From: Octopus bimaculoides
Lineage: Eukaryota
Length of the DNA stretch: 64,000 bases
Direction: 5' to 3'
Assembly: GCF_001194135.2 (NCBI RefSeq)
Contig: NC_068997.1
Coordinates: 29,627,322 to 29,691,321, forward strand
Part shown: piece by piece, positions 23,948 through 36,673 of the stretch
Position numbering within the stretch: the first letter of the stretch is position 1
Layout of the letters: the number at the start of each line of letters is the position of its first letter
Translations under genes and position numbers: made by a program
Notes under the pieces: model-generated
The model's input: the letters and a program-made list of their open reading frames with translations, nothing else
Databases searched by the model: none
Told to the model about the DNA's origin: nothing

Positions 23948-26275
23948 ATTATAAGAATAGATTTGCTTCAGTTGTTCTTAACATGTGTATATATATGATC
24001 ACGAACATACATGTATAAGGATATACACGTGTCCCGCACATTTTTTATAGGTGTGTGTGCACACACACATCTGATTCGATCCTTATTCTTCATTCCTAGA
24101 ACACATAAGTGTACGTGCACACACACACACACACACATATTTAAGTAGATACACCTACACCCACACTCACACACTCAGCTCTAAGCATACACATAAATAT
24201 CCCCTCACTGTTAGGTACGCACTCGTTAACCGTACCTGCTCGATTGGATTTTGTCCCAACGTTTAATCTTACTCACACATTTATTTACCTTCTCTCTCCT
24301 GTCTCTTCCTCCTCCTGTCTCACAATATTTCAATCTGTATCTATCTCACTCTTTGAGAAACTTTTTCCTTTCTCGCTTCTTTTATCTCGCACACACACAC
24401 ACACACATTCTTTGTCTCCGTTTTCTCCTACTATTAAACAAAGAATGGGGACTACAAAAGTAAAACTACAACAATCGGCTACTCGTTTGTAGTTGTAACC
24501 TACTTGTAAATCTCATTCACATATTTTATCTCTCTCAAACCCCGCTCACAAATCTATCTCACACACGCGTATATATATACTGGGAAAGATACGTGTATGT
24601 GTATATACATAAATGTATTGATACACACATATATCCACGTATAAAACATAAAATGTGTATGCGTGTGTCCTGGGGAGCAGGCTTGTGAGCATTAAGATAC
24701 TGAGAATAGATGACAAAGACGAAAAAGGGGAAATGAGAGAAATGAAGGGGATACAAGTAGTAATAATAGTAGTAACAGCAGTAGCAATAATACTGGTGGT
24801 GGTGGTGGTAGCAATAGTAATAGTAGTCGTAACAGCAATAGTAGTAAAGTGGTGGTAGTGGCGGCGGTGGGAAAAAGAGGAAAGAAAGCAGAAAATGGTT
24901 CAAGTGGAAAGATGATTTGCTGACTTTCTCTTCCTCCAGTTTTTCTTTATTTAGTTAAAACGTCGTCAGAGAGAAGTCAAAGGGAATACCCTCACCTTGC
25001 CGAGAAGCGAGGAAACACACATTACACACACACTCTCTCTCTCTCTGAAATATACATCTCACAACACATGCATCTACAGTTTCTTCCCACATCTTTTGTT
25101 TCTTTTTCCTCTTCTTCTTTTTTCGTCATCGTTGCCGTCGATGTCTGTGTGTGCGTGTGTATGTGCATGTGTAACTGTGTTTGTGTATATGCGTGTATGA
25201 GTATGTGTGCGTATAAGTGAGTGTGAATATGTACCCTCGTCTTTTCCAGTACAGCCCTGACCCGCAACTCTTTCTGTCGTCGTAATCATTGTCGCTTATA
25301 CTAGAAATATTTTTCTCTTTTTTTTTGTTTTGGAGTTCAAACCACGCCAGAATTATTTTCTCTTAGATCGCATTTGTAATCTGCTCCTCTCTACTTCAAA
25401 TGTGTGGCATTGATTGATCCACAGTAGGAAATCACCACCACTACCGTCGTCATCATCATCATCGCCATCTCCATAATCATTGTCATAGTCATCGTCTTCA
25501 TCATCATCATCACTATCATCATCATCATCGTCGTCGTCGTCTATCTTGTGCCCCATTCACAAAATTTAATAAGTTTGAGAATTCTAGCCTATCATACAAG
25601 GCTCTTTGTTGGAATCAAAACGAGCCTCAGTTCTGGCGAAAGATTCTGTCTTGAAACAAACAGTAATTTTACCACATTTAAACCGATTTGGAGAAGTTTT
25701 ATTCACAGTTTAGTTACCATGATTAATCCATCATGGTTTCCTTGCATTTTAGTTGGTTCACAGCAGGTCAGCTTCCATCAAGTAGATCCACGATCAGAGA
25801 CANNNNNNNNNNNNNNNNNNNNNNNNNNNNNNNNNNNNNNNNNNNNNNNNNNNNNNNNNNNNNNNNNNNNNNNNNNNNNNNNNNNNNNNNNNNNNNNNNN
25901 NNNNNNNNNNNNNNNNNNNNNCCAATATGTACCTTTATCTTTTTTTTTAAAAAAAAAGACAGGTGTGATTTGAAGTATTTACCAACTATTTCTAGCAGGT
26001 CTAGTAACCACGTACAGGCTCCGCCACCGCTGACTCGTTCGGCTTGTGTTTTTCTTTGCTTACTCACTTCACCTACCGCCGCCGCCGCCACCACCACCAC
26101 CACCACCGACAGCTCTATCATTACCACCACCAACAACAACAATACCACCACCGACATCTCTATCACTAGCACCACCACCATCACCACACCCATCGACTGT
26201 CGCAGTTGATTATAATTTCTCACATAAACTTAATCTGGTTAAAACCGCCTGAGATTTTATCCTGTCTTTCTCTCA

Positions 26276-26308
<33 letters not shown>

Positions 26309-26446
26309 TCGCACACTGGAAGGGTGTAGATGAGAAGCGAACGATGTGAGAGTCTGCTTTCGTTTCCTACCTGACTTTCACTATTCTTTAAACTTTACTT
26401 TTGCTCATAAAACTTTATTCTTCGTCGCTAAAAAAGACATTAGCGA

Positions 26447-26490
26447 TCTATCTATCTATCTACCTCTGTCTATCTATCTATCTACCTCTG

Positions 26491-26526
<36 letters not shown>

Positions 26527-26560
26527 CCTCTGTCTATCTATCTATCTGTCTGTCTGTCTA
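26447..26560. repeat. Compound (TCTA)n / TCTACCTCTG tetranucleotide STR
   Basis: Directly visible. Confidence 0.9.
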
Positions 26561-27354
26561 TGTGTATGTTATGTCTGTATTCTCATGTTTAGTTACTGTC
26601 ACAAGCACACACACGCGTACGTTATGCAAATCAAAACATTTGATTTCTCAAGGTAACAAAGTTTTTTCTGGAGCTTTACAATGGAAGTTCGGTAGTAAAA
26701 GTATCTTCATTGTCTTTTCAAGGTTAGCCATGAAATAGGTGTTGTTTACCTGTACCAGTCACCGTTAAGGTGACGCACTTAAATATTTCTAGAGGGAGCG
26801 AAAGACGAGTCACTATCCCCCACCTCACCCCATCCGAGTGTCCTGTATGTTGTGGTTGTAAGTCTCAAGTGAACGCTGATTAAGCAGATCTATGGTGACA
26901 GGCACACCAGCTGTGACCATCTCGTTATTTTTTTCAGACATAGCGTACCTAGTACTATATTGTTTAGTTTGTGTATTGCTTTTCTAAAATGATGCGGTGT
27001 GATTAGAACGAGATTTTGCTCAATAAGGCTCGACCTGCAGCGAAACATCACCAACACCCACAACAACAATAGTTTTACATATTTTTCTCTGCTCATAGAT
27101 CTTGTAAAACTTTACAATGGAGTTACCTTTCTGTGCCTCAAGCAGAGAACCACATAGTTATGCCTGCAAAACAAGACATGTTTGGATGTGGTTATTAATG
27201 TATCAGCTATAGTATTTCTCAATCATTGTGGTCTGAGGTAACTTTCTTGCTAACAAGAGTTAGCTTGTATGAGAATAGTTATTTGTCGTTACCATCACGA
27301 AATACTGCCAGCGGTTGACATTTGTTGAAGGGTTAATTCAAAGACAATGTGAAC

Positions 27355-27660
27355 GCATTTGGCTCATGATCGTAAGGTCATGAGTTCAATTCCTGGCATT
27401 GCATTGTGTCCTTGAGCAAGACACTTTATTTCTCATTGCTCCCGTCCCTCAGCTGGCAAAAATGAGTTGTACCTGTATTTCAAATTGCCATCTTTGTCAC
27501 ATTCTGTGTCATGTTGAATCTCCCAGGGAACTACATTAAGGATACATGGTTACATGTGTCTGCGGAGTACTCAGCCACTTACATGTTAATTTCACAAGCT
27601 GTCTGTTCCATTGATTGGATCAACTGGAACAGTCGCCATCATAACTGACAGAGTGCCAAT
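27355..27660 (+). mobile_element. SINE family D with hairpin-bearing tail
   Basis: B box GAGTTCAATTCC and conserved core. The tail matches the reverse complement of 15700-15800. Confidence 0.75.
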
Positions 27661-28125
27661 CAGTTCATTCAAAGACGATGTTATTTCCAGTTAGAATAGT
27701 CTTATATAATAACAGCCTTACAAGTTTTGTAAATAAGTGAGCACTTGAAAAGGCTCACTTGATGACAGCAGTATTTACATGTGGAGTAGTTGTAGTTATG
27801 GTCACAACCAGTGCTGCCTGCAGTTGTGGACTCCAAAAAGGTCAAGCAGAAGATAAACAAATTGACCTTCAGCTCAGAGATTTTCAACAGCTTCTTTCTT
27901 CATATTTCACACCTGAATAAACAGGGGTTTCTGCAAACAAAATGTAGATTTAGAAGTCAATATTCTACATTCTTCACACTTTCCATGCAGGAATTGGTAA
28001 CATTGAAACAACAGATATATTCCAATAAAAGTATTGTGTATATGCATATATATAAATGTATGTATAGATATGTATATACACACACACATATATATATATA
28101 TGTATGTATCATATGTACACACGTA

Positions 28126-28303
28126 CAAGGGGGTGCTGAACAGTTCCTGGCTTTGGGTAAAAGAAAATACAGGAGGATCAGTTAATTATGATTTTATTGA
28201 ACATATTCCCCTCTCACATTCACACATTTATAGCAGTGGCCCTTCAATTTTTCTAAGGCCTGCAAAAGAACTCAGATGGTTAGGCCTCCAACCAGGCTTT
28301 TCA
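28126..28303. mobile_element. Mariner-type MITE, truncated by assembly gap
   Basis: Homologous to 51347-51559. Confidence 0.75.
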
Positions 28304-28313
28304 NNNNNNNNNN

Positions 28314-28683
28314 AATTTGGTGGGTGGAAATTAAAGTCCATTGTGTGTATGTGTGTGTATGTGAAAGTGCTTCTGTCTCACATAGGAGGGATATGTGTGG
28401 GGTGTATGCATATATATATATATATATATAATTGGGTAAGGCATGGGTGTATGGGTAAGAAGTTTGCTATGTAACTACATGGTTTTGGGTTCAAATGCAC
28501 TCAATGACATCAAGGTTAATTGTTTCCTACTACAGTCTTGGGCTGACCAAAGCCTTCTGAGTTAATTTGGTGGGTGGAAATTAAAGTCCATTGTGTGTAT
28601 GTGTGTGTATGTGAAAGTGCTTCTGTCTCACATAGGAGGGATATGTGTGGGGTGTATGCATATATATATATATATATATAATT
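28314..28683. repeat. Identical 120-bp duplication, period 250
   Basis: 28314-28433 = 28564-28683. The first copy starts exactly at a 10-N gap. Confidence 0.85.
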
Positions 28684-29228
28684 ATATATCGGTACAGGAT
28701 GTCACCAACTGTATAGACAACATGAAATACAAAAACAAATGAGTTAAATACAGAAACAATGAACCGTTTTTATTTTCTGAGTTGAAATTCTGCAGAGGTC
28801 AACTTTGCCTTTCATCCTTTTGGACTTGATAAAATAAGTACCAGTGTACCAGTCATGCACTGGTGTTGACATAAGCAACTTACCACCAACCCTGAAATAG
28901 CTGGCCTTGTGCTGAAATGTGAAACTATTATGATTATTATGTAAATGCAGAGACCATTAAAAATCTAACTTAAAAATTAATACTGCAGGGAGGGGAAGAA
29001 AATTTTTTAAAAAGCCATAATAGCTTTTGAATAATATTATTTTGATACTTTCAGAAAGTATGGGAGATAACTCCATGTACGTTTGGTCTCATTAGACCTC
29101 CTCAGTTGAGAAAGACTTTATAGTCATCGAAGAAGAGGTGACAGAATCACTAAGTAAATATATAAAAATGTAAACTTGTTTACACAGGAAAATGCAGACA
29201 TGTTCAAAGAATAAATTGATCTTAGATG

Positions 29229-29278
<50 letters not shown>

Positions 29279-29569
29279 AAAAGAAAATGTAAGTCATTGT
29301 CAACATTTTTAATGCATGGAGTATCAGGAAAAAAGCTAACAAGAAAGAAAATTGTGTGGTAAAGAAAATGATTGTGTTTATCTGTCCATAATTTTAAGTT
29401 GGAATGAATTTAATTCAGGCTTGAGGAAGCAAGTGTTTAGTAAGTCGTAGAAGAGGTATTGGTCATAATACATAACAGAGATGACTGTACAGATATGGAC
29501 TTGCATTAACAGAATGGACTATATATATATATAAATGATTGAAAAGCTGCAGTCAGATGGTAACACTAG

Positions 29570-29860
29570 CAGCCACAGCAGCAGCAGCAGCAGCAGCAGC
29601 TCTGGTGGTGGTGGTGGTATTAATAGTAGAAGTAGTAGTGGTAGCAGCGGTAGTAGTAGTAGTAATGTATGAGGAGGATGGTGAGTGGAAGCAAAAGCAG
29701 AAGTAAGAGTAAGAGGAGATAAGGCAGTAGCAATAGTAACAGTCACATCACCACCACCACCACCACCATCATCATGATCATTGCCATCAGCTGCAGTAGC
29801 AGCAGCAAGATCATCATCATCATCACCATCATCATCAACAGCAGCAGCAGCAGCAGTAGA
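29570..29860. repeat. Complex trinucleotide low-complexity tract (CAG, GGT, GTA, ATC, CAC)
   Basis: Directly visible. Similar tracts at 24765-24870, 25440-25540 and 26075-26190 generate spurious ORFs. Confidence 0.9.
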
Positions 29861-30449
29861 AAGTGCACTCAGCAGAGGCAGACCTAGGAAGTTTTTTCAC
29901 TTCCCACTTTGTTACAGTTGATAGACAAAGTCTATAAATACCGACTTGTTGGTAATGTGCCCTCGCTACTTATTAATTAAATATATGTCCTTTTGATGAC
30001 TGATGTAACTCTAGTATATTGTCTTTCTTAAAATGAATGCATGATAGGGGGGAAAGAAAAAAAAACATCAGACCCTAAATAGAAAATTAGGGACCTCATT
30101 TAGTTAAGCTGATTTAGGAAACGGACAACATATCATTAAGCACACTCAAACATCTAAGAAAAACAAAATGAAAAGGGAGATGATGATGATGACGATGACG
30201 ACGATAATGATGATGATGATGGTGATGATGGTGTTCTAATAAAATTTCCCTGAATAAAAAAATAAGACATGACATTAAGGGGTGAGATCAATGAAATGTT
30301 GAAATGACCTCATCAGGATTTGAACCATGATCAGTAAGCTACTAAACTTTATGCATCCAAATTGGTTTGGCTCCCTGCTATTTCAACCTTTAATATCAAC
30401 CTAGAAAGAGATCTATAATGATATGCATGTATATATATATATATATATA

Positions 30450-30612
30450 GGCGCAGGAGTGACTGTGCGGTAAGAAGCTTGCTTCCCAACCACATAGTTC
30501 TGGGTTCTGTCTCACTGCGTGGCACTGTAGGCAAGTGTCTTCTACTATAGCCTCGGGCCGACCAAAGCCTTGTGAGTGGATTTGGTAGATGGAAACTGAA
30601 AGAAGCTTGTCA
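30450..30612 (+). mobile_element. SINE family A head and body; the (TA)n that follows it hosts the 350-nt hammerhead element
   Basis: GCGCAGGAGTGACTGTGCGGTAAG head through GAAAGAAGCTTGTC, then a TA-rich microsatellite. Confidence 0.85.
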
Positions 30613-30676
30613 TATATATATATATGTATGTATGTATATATATATGCATATATATATATATTAGATATATATATAT

Positions 30677-31219
30677 ATTAGATATATAATATTTCTAAAT
30701 CTCTCAGAGAGATTTAAGCAGTAGTGGAGCGATAAAGTTGTAGTATATTGTCAACTTAATGTGACAATCCCAATAAGGGAACACACTACTTCCGTTTAGC
30801 CCTAGGAAGCTGGACCGCTTCCTGTCGGCCTTGACACAATTACTGTGTCCTTAAGTCTGCGAGGGGGAGACAAGCTCCTCCACCCAGCCTAGCCAGCATT
30901 CAGGGACATGTTTCTGAGTCTTTGCTCGTCATCAGCCTGAAGTAGCTTGCCAGCTGGATAGAGAAGCCTGTTTCGCCTTCGCAAACTTATATAAATCATA
31001 GTGAAGTTTATTCACTGATCAGCAAAATTAGAAATATAATATTTCTAAATCTCTCAGAGAGATTTAAGCAGTAGTGGAGTGATAAAGTTGTAGTATATTG
31101 TCATAGTATAAAGTTGTAGTATATTGTCGTAGTATAAAGTTGTAGTATATAGGGCTAAACGGCAGTAGTGTGTTCCCTTATTGGGATTGTCACATTAAGT
31201 TGACAATATACTACAACTT

Positions 31220-31222
<3 letters not shown>
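30677..31222 (-). mobile_element. Retrozyme-like / Penelope pLTR-like non-coding element, 350-nt unit
   Basis: Direct repeat 30677-30753 = 31027-31103 (period 350), 26-nt tandem stutters 31104-31150, inverted repeat 30732-30804 vs 31150-31222, internal hammerhead, flanked by (TA)n. Confidence 0.7.
30899..30941 (-). ncRNA. Type I hammerhead ribozyme motif (GUC site)
   Basis: Minus strand: TTCAGG-CTGATGA-CGAG caaaga CTCA-GAAA-C AT GT-C-CCTGAA. Stem I 6 bp, full core, stem II GAG/CTC, palindromic stem III ACATGT. Predicted cut between 30905 and 30904. Confidence 0.8.
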
Positions 31223-31253
<31 letters not shown>

Positions 31254-31319
31254 CGTGTATGTATGTATATGTATATATATATATATACATATATACACAC
31301 ACACACACACGCACATATA

Positions 31320-31553
31320 CAGGGTTGGCCAAAAGTCACCTGACAGTAAATCAATGCCATTTAATTCCAACATTTATCTATGTTTAACAACTGAATGAAT
31401 TTAATAAAAAGCATCTAAATATGAGACATCATGAAAATTGTTCAAACTGAAGTCCTTCTTGAGCAACACATTTTTCCATTCGAGTCACTCCAGAATTACA
31501 GATAGTATTTATGGAATTTTGATTTACTGTCAGGTGACTTTTGGCCAACTCTG
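31320..31553. mobile_element. Tc1/mariner MITE
   Basis: 35-bp TIRs CAGGGTTGGCCAAAAGTCACCTGACAGTAAATCAA (1 mismatch), TA on both sides. An internal fragment recurs inverted near 53090-53235. Confidence 0.9.
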
Positions 31554-33252
31554 TATATGTATATATCCATCATCATCCATCATTTTGAATCCAGGTTTTG
31601 TCCCCATTAACGAGGGTGGCCAGATCTACCTCAATGCCATAGCAACCACCCTCACACCATCTCGCCATCTTACCCGGTTTTGGGCATCCTCCCTTCTCAA
31701 GCCAACCCTCCCAATCTCAAATGACTGAAACAAATAAAAGAATAAAAGGAGAAAATATATACAATAATCCCTTGCCATATCATGGTTTCTCCTATCACCC
31801 ACTCAGGACATCGTGGATTTTTCTGGAAAATATGTAAATTTATCTTACGGACTCCTCAGTTATCTGGCTTTCTGCATCCGATAGGTATTTATATTTTTTT
31901 ACATTTTAATTATTTCTTTTCATCGTTGTTCTCCAGGCCACCACCACCATCCTCTCCTGTTTTACTGAAGTTTCCATGGATTTGATAAATGTAAATAAAC
32001 TATTTGATTGCTCTTACATAGCTACAGCCTCAGAGAATGGTATGTATGTCACATAATCCTTCTTCACCACACCTCATGAATCTCAAGCCTGCCAAGCTAA
32101 TGAGAGAACCATTATGTGGTCAGTTGACATGGAGAAAAAAGCAACCATATCACTCAGATCGCACACTACTCTCTTAAAAATAAAAGGATACAACATACTA
32201 ATATGCTGTCTGAAAAAAAAAAAACCTGAGATGGTCATGACTGGAGTGTCTTTTATGCATATAAGGCTGCTTGATTAGATCTGACCTGGTGCTAAACAAC
32301 TAAATAACAATCTCAGGCTAATGTAAAAAATCAATATTTAAATCGGTTAAAAATTAGATTAAGAAAAAAAGCTAAGAAAAACAAGAACAATGTTTTTCTT
32401 TGAGCTGTGAAAAATCACTCTTGGTTCTGTAAATAACTTTCTCTTGATCAATGAAAAATAAAATCCAGCAAAAACAATGTATATCAACAACTGTTAATAT
32501 GTCATTAGGTCAGCAGTGTAGGTTTTCCATCGTCAAATAGTGTGTCATAGATACAACCTAATCTGCTGGAACCAATCTCACTCAGACCGTTTCTCTACTG
32601 TTAATATAGTGCCAACGTACTTAATGTAAGAAGTATCTTTAATTAGATATACAGGCACACCAACAAGTTTTCTGGCAACTTTAGTTTCAGACTCATGCCA
32701 GATTATCTATTGTGCTGGATTAAAAGAGGTCATGTGATAGTAATTCTGAGTAAATTCCTAGAAGACCACTGCCTGTTTTATTAATAACGTTTTTGCAACT
32801 AATTCTTCACAACATGTTATAAAGTTAGAAACGCTCTTCCACTGCTTCAATGATAAAAATCTAAAGGAAACATTATTTAAAACAAAATCTAATGCCGCAT
32901 ACTAACTTCTGCCCATCAATCTCAGAGGTGCTGTAAAGGGTCATGAACACTGCCCTTCGCTTCTGACTAAAAAGATTTTCTTTTTTAATTATTTCAGCAA
33001 GAAAGAGAAAAAAACTCAAATATTTCCTGTTCGATGTCCTCAGCTAAGCAAACTTCACTGACAGGCCAAAGTAGTGAAAATGGAATTACTAAAGTAAATA
33101 TACAATATTAATCATAGGTTTGAAAAACTAACACCTTTTAAAAAAAAGAGCTTAATTTCTCAGTGATGCAACAGTCAAATGTCGAAAAAACAATTTTCCA
33201 TATAAATGGTGTCTCTGAGTAGTTAAACCTAAGCAATTTGTATTGAAATATT

Positions 33253-33299
<47 letters not shown>

Positions 33300-34211
33300 A
33301 GTAAAAATAAATACAAAAAAAGGGGGTTTTGTATGATTGTGTATAGAGGAATATATTATTTTGTTTAGGAGACTTCCAACACTGTCTGTTTTTTATGTTT
33401 TATTTATATTCCTGCAAAACCAATGTGGGATATAGAATATGGAATATACAATATATAATATAATATACAATATATAATATAAAATAAAAATGGATGGTAC
33501 TATGAAATAGAGTATTGAATGTCTTATTGAATATATGGAATATGTCTTATTGAATAGATGAAATATTGAGTGTTCAATATAAAGGATTAAATATATAAAT
33601 ATATAAAGGCGAATATGTATTTTCTATACCTTGTGGTATTTCATCATGGCCGGTATGACAGACTTTAATGCATATACAAATATATATATACATGCATACA
33701 TAATCATCAACATTACCATTGTTTTCCATGCTGGCATGGGTTAAAATATATAAATATATGTTTCTCTTAGACATTACTGTGCATATGTTTGCATGTTTGT
33801 TTTTAGATTTTCAAATCTACCTCAAAACACCTAAATATATATATAAGCATTTTGCACTGCAGGATAGCAGAACAAAGCACCAGAGAAATAATTCTTGGTT
33901 TATTCTGATTCCAAATATGTGTCGTTTGTTGACTGCCAGAAAAAAGATTAATCCTATAGGAGAGGTTAATAATATATTTTATTTTGGTCGAGTCTCTTGC
34001 TACTCTGAGTTTCACCTGCCCATAAATACATAAATATATACCAAATTTTTTTTATTTATGTCAGTCATAGTAGCAAAGTATTATTAAAAGATTAATTTCT
34101 GCCATCAGATTATTTCTAATGTGGTCCGTATTCCCGAGCGTCATACTAATACATCCTTTTGTTATTTACACCACCTGTCCTCGTCTGTTGTTGTTTTTTT
34201 CGTATATTCTC

Positions 34212-34254
<43 letters not shown>

Positions 34255-34255
<1 letters not shown>

Positions 34256-34418
34256 TCTCTGAGTGGTTGGCGTTAGGAAGGGCATCCAGCTGTAGAAACT
34301 CTGCCAAATTTAGATTGGAGCCTGGTGTTGCCATCCGGTTTCACCAGTCCTCAGTCAAGTCGTCCAACCCATGCTAGCATGGAAAGCGGACGTTAAACGA
34401 TGATGATGATGATGATGA
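34255..34418 (+). mobile_element. Family C (RTE 3' tail) repeat, young-looking
   Basis: CpGs retained, ends GTTAAACGATGATGATG. Confidence 0.85.
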
Positions 34419-34836
34419 TATATATATATAATGCAAGAGAGTTNNNNNNNNNNNNNNNNNNNNNNNNNNNNNNNNNNNNNNNNNNNNNNNNNNNNNNNNN
34501 NNNNNNNNNNNNNNNNNNNNNNNNNNNNNNNNNNNNNNNNNNNNNNNNNNNNNNNNNNNNNNNNNNNNNNNNNNNNNNNNNNNNNNNNNNNNNNNNNNNN
34601 NNNNNNNNNNNNNNNNNNNNNNNNNNNNNNNNNNNNNNNNNNNNNNNNNNNNNNNNNNNNNNNNNNNNNNNNNNNNNNNNNNNNNNNNNNNNNNNNNNNN
34701 NNNNNNNNNNNNNNNNNNNNNNNNNNNNNNNNNNNNNNNNNNNNNNNNNNNNNNNNNNNNNNNNNNNNNNNNNNNNNNNNNNNNNNNNNNNNNNNNNNNN
34801 NNNNNNNNNNNNTATATATATAATAATTTAATATTT

Positions 34837-34873
<37 letters not shown>

Positions 34874-35779
34874 GGTCCTCAACTGGGGTCCGTGCATATG
34901 ACTCTTGAGGGTCCAAGTAAGATTTTGCTGCTAAAACGTTTTTGCCATAGATTGCTTATGTTTCTACAATATTCAAAATATCTTAGCAATTTTTTATACA
35001 TTTCCAAATATGTAATTCTAAAACTACAATCAGATTAAAAAAAAATTAAATGGCTCTGAAGCAAACAGGAATCAAAGGGATCCACTGGCAAATATGAATA
35101 GGGTCTAGTCTTATAAATAGATAAAACAAAATGTAAACTGTACAGAGAAAAGACTTTTCACGGGATGCAACAAATAAGTATAGACAAGCCATGTTCATAA
35201 GATACCTGTCTGTCTACTCAGAACGATGCATAGAATGCTATATAAAAGTTTATATATTTATATATTTATTTACTGATGGCAAATTGCTGATTTGTAATGG
35301 AGCAAACAAAATATTCTTGATATCTGAACTTTTTTTTAATAACTTTACATAAAGAAAAAGTGTAGTTTTTATAATTAAAATATATAAATAAATGAAAAAA
35401 TAGAGTCAACTATATTTTAATATTTCCAAGGAAGTGAACACAATGTAAAGAACTTATCAGATAACAAATTTCAGATTAAAATCAAGTCTTAAAATAAGAA
35501 AAGCTGATTCATGAACAAAATTTGTCTGGTCTAATCCAATTCCACCACCACCAGCACACTAATTTGTTTCTCTATATAGACATTGCACATTTTATCTTTG
35601 CATATACATGCATGCGTATATAGGAAGAGAAGCGTGCGCATGTAAGATATTAAATATATGTCCATCCTCTTGAGTGAGAGAACTGGCTACAGATGACATT
35701 ATCATCGCCTTGCTCTCTCTCCTAAACTCTATCAAATGTCATCTTTGCCAGTTTGTTATTTGCAGAGCTGAGAGAAACG

Positions 35780-36035
35780 CCAGAGAGCGAAGTGAAAAAG
35801 GGCAAATAACTTTTCTTCGAGGGGTGACAGCCTCGTTTCCACTTGGCGGGCCATCTCTAGACGCCATATTGTGGCCAATGTTTGAAAGATGTGAATGTGG
35901 AAGATTTATACCTGTTGCCTCAATAATGCTTTTTGGTGAACTGAAAGCAACACGAAACGATTTATGGACGACTTATCTAACCTTTATTAATTGTCCCAGT
36001 TGAAAAATTCCTTCCTTTTTTGCAGGGAAGGTATT
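35780..36035 (+). promoter_or_regulatory. Candidate promoter / 5' UTR exon region of CK2 alpha
   Basis: Locally CpG-richer, non-repetitive. GGCGGG, YY1-type CGCCATATT (35862-35870), CCAAT (35875-35879), possible donor AAG|GTATTC at 36031. Motif-level only. Confidence 0.45.
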
Positions 36036-36276
36036 CGTTGAAGTCTTCAAAGGTGTACATTAATTTGGATGGATGGATGTATGGCATGGAATAGGCCATC
36101 TTGATTGATTTCAACAATTCCAATTTCACAAGATTATCGTCAAGTGGCTACTCATTGAAACTCTTGTGTGTTGCATTTGGATAGTGTATAGATCTATCTA
36201 CATCTATATATTTATTAATATATAGAGATATCATTTACCTTCGTGGTTGTTTTAATTTTTTTTTTGACCTGTTTGA

Positions 36277-36468
<192 letters not shown>

Positions 36469-36630
36469 TGAGTAAGACAAAAAAAAAAATGTTCATAATG
36501 CTTTTTCATGTTATAAAAAAAAAATTGCGTACATTTTGTACGATTAATGAATTCTCTCCTACTCGCACACTATCATTCTAAACACTTCCTTCACTCTCCG
36601 TTTTACGAAACGTCTGTATTTGATGTCCAC

Positions 36631-36673
<43 letters not shown>

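Noticed and set aside
24559-26252. Poly-Y/V/D/T/P ORFs resembling low-complexity proteins
   Set aside because: Translations of trinucleotide microsatellites with no splice or homology support.
31104-31150. Short direct repeats resembling a CRISPR array
   Set aside because: Contiguous 26-nt stutters without spacers, in eukaryotic DNA with no cas genes.
35674-36003. 109-aa ORF upstream of CK2 alpha
   Set aside because: Non-ATG start, no recognisable homology, overlaps promoter-like motifs.
36026-36030. Apparent 5-nt microexon (TTGCAG|GGAAG|GTATTC)
   Set aside because: It lies in the UTR and nothing in the sequence tells it apart from a chance juxtaposition of sites.
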